Below are positions 1 to 6,920 of a stretch of DNA of 47,341 bases, one piece after another. Position 1 is the first letter of the stretch. The number at the start of each line of letters is the position of its first letter. Origin of the DNA: a virus; IMG/VR virus record IMGVR_UViG_3300045450_000074, positions 1 through 47,341 of that record. The stretch is one strand, 5' to 3'. Below the pieces are notes generated by a model, which searched no databases, was not told the DNA's origin, and saw only the letters and a list, made by a program, of their open reading frames with translations. The position numbers and the translations under genes are program-made.

Positions 1-127
1 AAGGCGTGATTACGATGGAGGAATATCGCACCGCCCTCCTTATCGGCCTTGAGCGCGAGGTCGAGGAATACGAGCGTCGGCTCTCCGTCCGCATCGGCGT
101 CCCGGTGACGTTAGGATGAGCGCCGCT
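1..127. repeat. 127-bp terminal overlap identical to 47215..47341 (circular-closure signature)
   Basis: Bases 1-127 (aaggcgtgattacgatgg...gatgagcgccgct) recur verbatim at 47215-47341. ORF 47007..47333 ends inside it and ORF 116.. starts inside it. Confidence 0.95.
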
Positions 128-670
128 GTGCTGCCCGATGCGCGGGCGCGTGAAATCCTTCTCGAAAACATGGCTGCAAAGCCGTGGGATGGGAAGGCGG
201 GCGGCGATTTCTGGCGCTGCGCCCTTGTTACGACGGACGAGGCGTTGGCGGCTATGGCAGCGTTTGCCAAGGAAGCCAGCCCGCCCGCGAGCGATCCCGC
301 GATTCCGGCGGGGGAGGATGGCAAGCAGGCGTTCCGTTCCGGCGCCGCTTGGGCCGTGTCATTTCAGGCCGTGCGCGGGCGTGCTCCCGATCTGAACGAC
401 GTAGACGCCGCCTTTGCCGCCGCAGCCCCCAAGGTCGCGGTCCCTGCGCGGCATTCGTGCGGGTGTGAAGCCGACCCGATCGACGGGCTGGATTACGTCT
501 GTGACCGGCATCTGCGCGAAGGTGGTTCACCACTCGCCGCAGCCCCCAAGGTCGCGAGCGAATGTCCAACATCGCCGGACGGTCGCCATCAAGTCGATAC
601 GTCGATGGAGGAAGGCCCGAACAACTGCTTTCACTGTTCCGCCAAGATGGGGACGAACGATGCACGCTGA
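116..670 (+). CDS. hypothetical Cys/His-rich protein (184 aa)
   Basis: ORF track. ATG overlaps the stop of the upstream gene (ATGA) and GC3 is high. Contains CGC..C..H and C..CFHC clusters and two copies of the PKVA-encoding repeat. Confidence 0.6.
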   Translation: MSAAVLPDARAREILLENMAAKPWDGKAGGDFWRCALVTTDEALAAMAAFAKEASPPASDPAIPAGEDGKQAFRSGAAWAVSFQAVRGRAPDLNDVDAAFAAAAPKVAVPARHSCGCEADPIDGLDYVCDRHLREGGSPLAAAPKVASECPTSPDGRHQVDTSMEEGPNNCFHCSAKMGTNDAR

Positions 671-990
671 TCTTCGCAACGCGGTCATCGCGTCCGTCCG
701 TCGCCGCGTCGAACAAGGCGACTGCCCGACCGAACCGGCCCATACCGTCGAGACGCTCGAAAACGTCATCCTTGATCTAGCCCCCAAGGTCGCGAGCGAG
801 GATCAGGCCGCCCGTGACCGCCGCATGTACGAACAAGGCCGACGCGACGAACGCGCGGGCGAACCGGAGGCTTTCGTATGACCTGCAACACCTGCAATAG
901 CTTCGGCTATCTGCTGACCGCGCCGTCCACCTGTTCGGCTGGCGGTGAGCGCGTGACCTGCCCGGTATGCTCCCCCAAGGTCGCGAGCGA
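426..990 (+). repeat. four dispersed copies of cccccaaggtcgcg(agcga)
   Basis: Copies at 426-439 (14 nt core, then diverges), 543-561, 781-799 and 972-990 (19/19 identical). Every copy is read as P-K-V-A(-S) in three consecutive ORFs that use two different genomic frames. Confidence 0.9.
660..881 (+). CDS. hypothetical protein (73 aa)
   Basis: Internal ATG of ORF 414..881 at 660, overlapping the end of the previous gene. Carries repeat copy 3. Confidence 0.5.
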   Translation: MHADLRNAVIASVRRRVEQGDCPTEPAHTVETLENVILDLAPKVASEDQAARDRRMYEQGRRDERAGEPEAFV

Positions 991-1150
991 CACCGGGGCG
1001 GGGTTGCGGGAGGCGTTGCGGTATCTCCGCGATGCTGCTGACAGCGTGTCAGACAGACTCAATACCAGCCTGTTGGACGAAGCACTCGCTAAGGCCGACG
1101 CAGCCCTAGCCACCCCCACCAATGCGACGGACGGGGCGACGGGCGCATGA
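878..1150 (+). CDS. hypothetical zinc-ribbon-like protein (90 aa)
   Basis: ORF track with ATGA overlap to the upstream gene. Has CNTC ... CPVC cysteine pairs and carries repeat copy 4. Confidence 0.6.
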   Translation: MTCNTCNSFGYLLTAPSTCSAGGERVTCPVCSPKVASDTGAGLREALRYLRDAADSVSDRLNTSLLDEALAKADAALATPTNATDGATGA

Positions 1151-1308
1151 TCGAAAACCCGCAAGCCGTCATCGCCGACCTCGCGCGGGTCAAGACGATG
1201 TTCCAAGCCCGCACGATCGCCCTCGTCCTCGGCGCCGAACCGCCATCCCCGGAGCTGTTCGCCAGCGAGACGAACAAGGACCGCAACGCCAAGGAGGAAC
1301 GGCCGTGA
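1147..1308 (+). CDS. hypothetical protein (53 aa)
   Basis: ATGA overlap with the previous stop. MIENPQAVIADLARVK... read by eye (below the track size cutoff). Confidence 0.45.
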   Translation: MIENPQAVIADLARVKTMFQARTIALVLGAEPPSPELFASETNKDRNAKEERP

Positions 1309-1466
1309 TGTTGTGCCTACTGTTTCACAAATGGACGCGCTGGCGGACTATCCGCGCTGGCGAGCTGAAAAAGGACGGCAAGGTCGCCGGCTTCTACGTT
1401 CAACAGCAACGCCAGTGCGGCCGATGCCGAAAGATCGAGTTGCGCCTTGAGGATGCGCTCCCATGA
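1308..1466 (+). CDS. small protein with FHKW motif and CGRC pair (52 aa), DUF1660-like
   Basis: In frame with ORF 1122..1466. AAGGAGGA RBS at 1291-1298. Sequence MLCLLFHKWTRW... Confidence 0.5.
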   Translation: MLCLLFHKWTRWRTIRAGELKKDGKVAGFYVQQQRQCGRCRKIELRLEDALP

Positions 1467-1603
1467 GCCGCGAGACGAAATGCCGGAATTGCGCCGGCAA
1501 GGGCGTAATCAAGATCAAGGGCGGTCCCGGCTGGTGCGGCTGCACCGTCTGCCGCGGCACCGGCAAGGTTCCCGCGCTCACCAAGGCGAGCCGCCGAGCA
1601 TGA
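1463..1603 (+). CDS. DnaJ-type zinc-finger mini-protein (46 aa)
   Basis: ATGA overlap. Two CxxCxGxG motifs (CRNCAGKG, CTVCRGTG) read by eye. Confidence 0.6.
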   Translation: MSRETKCRNCAGKGVIKIKGGPGWCGCTVCRGTGKVPALTKASRRA

Positions 1604-1785
1604 GCCGGGCAACCCCGCAAGCGCGCGAGCTGCTTGCCGCCGCGATCCAGGCCGGCGGCCCCGAGTGGCGCAACGCCGCGGATTCGGTCCGCTCGGGAAG
1701 TTGGGGTAACGTGTGGACCGCCGCCGCGCTGGTGGCGATCGACAAGGCACTCAGGACCGAACCGGACAGCGACGATGACACCTGA
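1600..1785 (+). CDS. hypothetical protein (61 aa)
   Basis: ATGA overlap. In frame with ORF 1447..1785. Confidence 0.5.
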   Translation: MSRATPQARELLAAAIQAGGPEWRNAADSVRSGSWGNVWTAAALVAIDKALRTEPDSDDDT

Positions 1786-2362
1786 AAAGAAGAAGGCGCA
1801 GACCGCCGGCCTCAAGCGCGGCGGATCGCGCAACCCGGCCAAGCTCACCGAATTCGAGCGCGCGTTCTGCCTCCACTATTGCGGGGCGGCCCTCGGCGTC
1901 GGCTCTCGCGCCGCGCAGCTCGCCGGCTACAACGGGAGCGCCCCGGCCAACTTCAAGCGCTACGCCTATGAGGTCCTCCAACGGCCGCGCGTCGTGGCCG
2001 AGATCGAGCGGCTCCGGGCGGCGCGGGTCGAGCGCCTCTCGATCACGGCCGACGAGGTCCTCCTCGACCTCGTGGCGATCCGCGACAAGGCCCGCCTCCT
2101 CCCCGCCACGAGCGCGAACCTAAAGGTCGAGTTGTCGGCGGTCGAGAAGATCGGCGACCACGTCGGCGTGGCGGCGTTCCGCAAGCAACTCGGCTTGGGC
2201 GGACCGGGCGGCGGGCCTATAGAGATCGCGGACGCCGAATGGCTGGCGACCGCTACGGACGAGGAGCTAGACCACCTTGAGCGCGCCCGCTCGATCATTG
2301 ACCGTCGCGCCGGGGTCGTATCCCCGGATTCCGACGAGGGAAGCGATACGTCGGGAGCGTGA
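1775..2362 (+). CDS. terS: terminase small subunit (Terminase_2-like)
   Basis: Internal ATG of ORF 1634..2362. The LTEFERAFCLHY...AAQLAGY...VLQRPRVVAEIERL pattern is typical of terS. Lies immediately upstream of terL. Confidence 0.8.
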   Translation: MTPEKKKAQTAGLKRGGSRNPAKLTEFERAFCLHYCGAALGVGSRAAQLAGYNGSAPANFKRYAYEVLQRPRVVAEIERLRAARVERLSITADEVLLDLVAIRDKARLLPATSANLKVELSAVEKIGDHVGVAAFRKQLGLGGPGGGPIEIADAEWLATATDEELDHLERARSIIDRRAGVVSPDSDEGSDTSGA

Positions 2363-2375
2363 GCGCCGGCAACGG

Positions 2376-4013
2376 ATGCTCGACCGCGAGCGGGTCGCAC
2401 GCGAGGGCGCGGCGATCCGCGAGCGCTGCTCGTCCCTGATCGAGTTCGTCCGCGAATTCTGGCCGGTCCTCGAACCGTCACGCGAGTTCAAGGATGGATG
2501 GGCGATCCAGGCGGTTTGCGACCACCTTGAGGCCGTGAGCGACGGCAAAATCCAATATCTGCTCATCACGATCCCGCCGGGCATGATGAAATCGCTTCTC
2601 GTCGCCGTGTTCTGGCCGGCATGGGAATGGGCGACGCGCGACGCCTCGCTCCGCTACCTCACGTCGTCGTTCTCGCGGCCGAACGTGATCCGCGACAACT
2701 CCAAGATGCGGAAGCTCGTCGAGAGCGAGAAATATCAGGCGCTGTTCCCCGAGGTGCGCCTCGATCCGACGAGCAACGCCAAGGACAAGTTCGAGAACCT
2801 CAAGACCGGCAACCGCGAGGGTCGCGCGTTTGAGAGCATGACGGGCGGGCGCGGCGACCGGGTCATTATCGACGATCCGCATTCGGTCGACTCGGCCGAG
2901 TCGGAGACGCAGCGCGAGGCGACGGTCCAGACGTTCCGCGAGGCGATCCCCGACCGCCTCAACGATCTCACGAAATCCGTGATCGTCGTGATTATGCAGC
3001 GGCTCCACGCCAAGGACGTCGCCGGCACGATCATTTCGCTCGGCCTTCCGTACGTCCACCTCAATTTGCCGATGGAATTCGAGCCGACGCGCGAGGTGAA
3101 CGGCCTCAAGGTCGACAACCGGTGCCGCACCTATGCGAACGACAATTCCCTTCTGTTCGAGGACCCGCGGACGGAGGAGGGCGAGCTGTTGTTCCCGGAG
3201 CGCTTCCCGGCGCCCGAGGTCGCGAAGCTCCGCCACGTCAAAGGCTCGTACGCATGGGCCGGGCAGTATCAGCAACGGCCGTCGGCCCGTGAGGGCGGCC
3301 TGTTCAAACGCGCATGGTTCGCGGGGAAGATCATCGCTCGCGCCGGTCTCCCGACCTCGGGCGTCAAGCGCGTGCGCGCCTGGGATTTCGCCTCGTCGAC
3401 CGAAGCGAAGGGCGATCCCGATTGGACGGCCGGCGTCCGCATGTTCCGGCACGGCACCGATTATTACATCGACAGCGTCGACCGCGACCGGCTCTCCCCC
3501 GGCAACGTGCAAGCGCTGGTCAAGACTCGAGCCGAGACCGACCCGGTCGGGACGATCGTCCGCATCCCGATCGACCCGGCTCAGGCGGGCGAATTCCAGG
3601 CGCAAAGCTACATCACCGCCCTCGCCGGCTATCCGCTCAAGGCCGAGCGTCCGGGGTCGGCCGGGAACAAGGTCGGCCGCGCGCTCCCCATGAGCATCCA
3701 GGCCGAATTCGGGCATATCTACCTCGTCAACAGCGGGCCGCCCGAGGAGGGCCTCGACGCGTGGATCGAGACGTTCCTCGACGAGCTATGCTCGTTCCCG
3801 ACCGCGGCGCACGACGACCAAGTCGACGCCGCAGCCGACGCGTTCAATGAGCTGGCTATCGGCGGCTCCCAAGAGTTCGCCTCGGCCTCCTCGGGCAAGT
3901 CGGAAATGCTCAAGACGGCGGAGCGTGACAGCCGATACGGGTTCGGCGATAACACGCCCAACACCGGGCGGGGATACGGGTCCGCGCCCTCCCGCATGCA
4001 AGGATTTCGATAG
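2376..4013 (+). CDS. terL: terminase large subunit
   Basis: ORF 2277..4013. Walker A-like PPGMMKS and Walker B DRVIIDDPH, with a C-terminal nuclease-like region with conserved Asp (AHDDQVDA). The start could instead be 2277. Confidence 0.9.
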   Translation: MLDRERVAREGAAIRERCSSLIEFVREFWPVLEPSREFKDGWAIQAVCDHLEAVSDGKIQYLLITIPPGMMKSLLVAVFWPAWEWATRDASLRYLTSSFSRPNVIRDNSKMRKLVESEKYQALFPEVRLDPTSNAKDKFENLKTGNREGRAFESMTGGRGDRVIIDDPHSVDSAESETQREATVQTFREAIPDRLNDLTKSVIVVIMQRLHAKDVAGTIISLGLPYVHLNLPMEFEPTREVNGLKVDNRCRTYANDNSLLFEDPRTEEGELLFPERFPAPEVAKLRHVKGSYAWAGQYQQRPSAREGGLFKRAWFAGKIIARAGLPTSGVKRVRAWDFASSTEAKGDPDWTAGVRMFRHGTDYYIDSVDRDRLSPGNVQALVKTRAETDPVGTIVRIPIDPAQAGEFQAQSYITALAGYPLKAERPGSAGNKVGRALPMSIQAEFGHIYLVNSGPPEEGLDAWIETFLDELCSFPTAAHDDQVDAAADAFNELAIGGSQEFASASSGKSEMLKTAERDSRYGFGDNTPNTGRGYGSAPSRMQGFR

Positions 4014-6182
4014 ATGGCTCTCCCTCCCGCGATCCGCCGCCCGCTTGAGGAGGCCGGGTTCCTCGCGCCGATCGCGCAGCCGGATCGCCTACCGACACGG
4101 CCCACCAACGAAGCGCCCGAGGCGCCGCCATCCATCGGCAACATGATTTCCCGGTCGGCCGATACGAGTTGGTTCCCGTCGAGCTATCTCAAGCTGCTCG
4201 CCGAGAACGACGACAGCGTCCTCAAGAGGGATGGCGGCGGCCTCAAGCTCTACGACGCGCTCCTCGACGACGACGTCGCATTCTCGGCGTTGCAGCAACG
4301 CCGCATGGCGATCACATCGCGCGATTGGGAGGTGACACCGGGCGACGACAAGGACCCCCGCTCCGTCAAGGCGGCGGACGAGTTCCGCGCCATGCTCAAG
4401 GAGGTCGGGTTCGACCGGGTGACGAACGGCCTCCATTACGGGGTTTGGTACGGCTACGCCATCGCCGAGGCGGTCTATTCGATCCGCGATTTCGACGGTC
4501 GGCCGATCGTGTGGCTCTCCGACCTGATCGTCCCCGATCGCCGTTGGTTTGGGTTCACGATGGAAGGCGAGTTGCGGTTCGTCACCCCGTACGCCCGCGG
4601 CCTCGACGACGAGACGCTCCCGCCGAACAAGTTTATCGTCGTCCGGACCGGCGGATCGCACGACTTCGCGTTCTACGGCCTGGGGCTGGCGCATTGGGCG
4701 TATTGGCCCATTTTCTTCAAGCGGTCGGCGCTCAAATTTTGGGCGCTCTACCTCGAAAAGTTCGGCATGCCGACCGTTGCGATCGGCTTCCCGGAGACCG
4801 AGCAGAACGATCAGGAGAAGCTCGACAAGCGCCTCGCCGCCGCGGTCGCGGTCGGGCAGGACCGGGCCGTCCTCGTCCCCGAGGAGACGCTCAAAAACGA
4901 CACGCTCAAACTGATCGAGGCCGAGCGCAGCGGCGCCGGCTCGTCCTCGTACAAGGATTTCGTCGGCACGAACGACGACGCGTTGATCCGCGTGATCCTC
5001 GGCCAGACCGGCACGTCGAAGGCGACCCCCGGCGGCCTCGGCGGCGACGGACAGGCCAAGAAGGACGAGGGGGTCAAGCGCGAGATCGTCAAGGCCGACG
5101 CCGACCTCATTTCCGACGCGATCCACAAGCTCGGCCGGTGGCTCACGACATGGAACCACGGCCCCGACGTGGCCCCGCCGAGCGTCTATCGCGTCCTCGA
5201 CGATGCCGAGGACCTCAACACCGTCGCCGAGCGTGACGTCAAGCTCAACGGGATCGGGATCAAGCGGACGGAGGACAGTATCCACGAGGTCTACGGCGAT
5301 GGGTACGAGATCGACCGTCTCAGCGAGGAGCAGAAGGCGGCCAACGCGTCGGCGCTTGCCGCGGCGAAGGCCGTTCCCGGCGCCCCAGGCGCCCGGCCGG
5401 CCGCGAACGACAACCCCCGCGCCAAGATCGCCGCGGCTCGCGCAGAGTTCGGCGTCGACGACGAGGCCCCGCTCTACGTCTATCGCCAGCTCAAGCCCGA
5501 GAGCGCCCGCGCGCTCATCGCATGGGCGGAGAGCGTCGGGATCAAGGCGACTGTCCCGGCCGCGGAAATGCACACGACGGTCCTTTACTCGAAACGGCCC
5601 GTCGATTGGTTCTCGCTCGGCGAGAGCTGGCAACCGGAGGTTACTGTTTCCAAGGGCGGGCCGCGCAAGATCGAGCGCCTCGGCGACAAGGGCGCCGTCG
5701 TCCTCCGGTTCGAGAACAGCGACATGCGCTATCGGCACGAGAGCATGGTCGAGCGCGGCGCTTCGCACGATTACGACGAGTTCCGCATTCACCTCACGCT
5801 ATCCTACGACGTGCCGGCCGACTTCGACCTCGATGCGATCGAGCCGTTCACCGGCGAGCTTAAATTCGGCCCGGAAATGTTCGAGCGGATCAAGGACAAG
5901 CCGTTCGATCCCGCCTCGCTCGACTTCGCGGCCGACGAGGAAGACGCGATCGACCGGCTCATTGCGAAGCTCGTCGAGGAGGCCGACCCCGTGTTCGCCG
6001 CCATGGGCGACGCGCTCAAGACCTCGTTGCAGGGGGTCAAGACGGTCGAGGGCGCCCGCGTCGCGATCCTTGAGGCGTTCGAGCGCATGCCAGTCGAGCG
6101 GCTCGCCGAGCTGACCGCCCTTCCCATGCTCGCCGTCCGTGCCGGCGCGCTGGCGGGGGCGGAGAACGACGTCAAAGCGTGA
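4014..6182 (+). CDS. portal protein (Mu gp29/DUF935 type) with an inserted 2H phosphoesterase-like module
   Basis: 722-aa ORF directly after terL with DUF935-like core motifs. At about nt 5466-5915 an insert carries HTTV and HLTL motifs, followed by a typical portal C-terminal tail. Confidence 0.9.
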   Translation: MALPPAIRRPLEEAGFLAPIAQPDRLPTRPTNEAPEAPPSIGNMISRSADTSWFPSSYLKLLAENDDSVLKRDGGGLKLYDALLDDDVAFSALQQRRMAITSRDWEVTPGDDKDPRSVKAADEFRAMLKEVGFDRVTNGLHYGVWYGYAIAEAVYSIRDFDGRPIVWLSDLIVPDRRWFGFTMEGELRFVTPYARGLDDETLPPNKFIVVRTGGSHDFAFYGLGLAHWAYWPIFFKRSALKFWALYLEKFGMPTVAIGFPETEQNDQEKLDKRLAAAVAVGQDRAVLVPEETLKNDTLKLIEAERSGAGSSSYKDFVGTNDDALIRVILGQTGTSKATPGGLGGDGQAKKDEGVKREIVKADADLISDAIHKLGRWLTTWNHGPDVAPPSVYRVLDDAEDLNTVAERDVKLNGIGIKRTEDSIHEVYGDGYEIDRLSEEQKAANASALAAAKAVPGAPGARPAANDNPRAKIAAARAEFGVDDEAPLYVYRQLKPESARALIAWAESVGIKATVPAAEMHTTVLYSKRPVDWFSLGESWQPEVTVSKGGPRKIERLGDKGAVVLRFENSDMRYRHESMVERGASHDYDEFRIHLTLSYDVPADFDLDAIEPFTGELKFGPEMFERIKDKPFDPASLDFAADEEDAIDRLIAKLVEEADPVFAAMGDALKTSLQGVKTVEGARVAILEAFERMPVERLAELTALPMLAVRAGALAGAENDVKA

Positions 6183-6373
6183 GGATCAGGGGCGGCACGC
6201 GCGGGCTTCTCTCCGGGATCGACGCGGGCCGGCTCGATCCGTTCGACGCCTACGTCTACGAGGAGCCGCACCTCCACTATCTCACGAGCGGAAAGCTCGC
6301 CAAGATGAAGCGCGAACAGCGGGCGCGGGAGAAGCGGCGCGCAAAGCGGCTTGCGTCCCTCCCGCCATTCTGA
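6179..6373 (+). CDS. hypothetical basic protein (64 aa)
   Basis: GTGA overlap with the portal stop. High GC3. Confidence 0.5.
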   Translation: MRIRGGTRGLLSGIDAGRLDPFDAYVYEEPHLHYLTSGKLAKMKREQRAREKRRAKRLASLPPF

Positions 6374-6427
6374 CAAACCGTCCCGGCCCGATGGTGTCCG
6401 CCCCCCGGTTCGGTCAGGCGCGTAGGG

Positions 6428-6466
6428 AAGGCCCGCCGTGGGAGCAACACGGCGGGCCTTTTCGTG
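6428..6466 (+). terminator. intrinsic terminator
   Basis: Perfect 13-bp stem, aaggcccgccgtg (6428-6440) paired with cacggcgggcctt (6448-6460). 7-nt loop, then a ttttc tail. Confidence 0.7.
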
Positions 6467-6512
6467 TCTGCGTTCCCGGCGTAACGATGTGGCCTCACCA
6501 ATGGAGGACCCT

Positions 6513-6692
6513 ATGCGCTCACCTTTCCGCTTCGCCCCGCTCGCCGCCCTCGCCCTTGCCGCATGCGGCGGCTCAGGCTCTCCGCCGCCGTATAGCAATG
6601 GCACGACGCCGGCCGGCGGGTCGTCGGGACAGCCGTCGGAGAACAATTCGAACGGATCGCCGGCAAAACAGCCGAACATGCCGGCGCAATAG
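6513..6692 (+). CDS. small lipoprotein (59 aa)
   Basis: GGAGGA RBS at 6503-6508. MRSPFRFAPLAALALAAC has a lipobox (LAAC). The mature part is Gly/Ser/Pro/Asn-rich. Confidence 0.7.
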   Translation: MRSPFRFAPLAALALAACGGSGSPPPYSNGTTPAGGSSGQPSENNSNGSPAKQPNMPAQ

Positions 6693-6920
6693 GTATTGCG
6701 CGAGGCGCGTAAGATCGGCATGGTCGAACGCGTTGACGGGGGATGCGCGACACCGCGTACCTGGGGGGCCGGCGAGTGATTCCGCCGGTTCCCTCGTCGA
6801 TATCCGGGATGACCACCACCCGCGGGTGCTTGTCAGTTACGCCCGGTGGCGCCTCGGAATAGGTACGAGGGCGGAGCGGCTCCACTGGCAACGGTGGGGC
6901 CGTTCGCGTATCCCCTCCCC

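Noticed and set aside
1-119. Apparent 3' gene fragment at the very start of the window
   Set aside because: It is the duplicated end of gene 47007..47333, created by the 127-bp overlap. It is not an independent or truncated gene.
4089-5792. 567-aa ORF on the minus strand opposite the portal gene
   Set aside because: It is an antisense shadow ORF typical of ~66% GC DNA. The translation is Arg/Gly/Ala/Pro-rich low-complexity sequence with no motifs. The plus-strand frame carries clear portal motifs and coupled start and stop codons.
6693-6920. The largest non-coding gap considered for a tRNA or other small RNA
   Set aside because: I could not find an acceptor-stem pairing or a GTTCRANYC T-loop by eye, and I could build no convincing cloverleaf. 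Only a tRNAscan or Infernal run could settle this.
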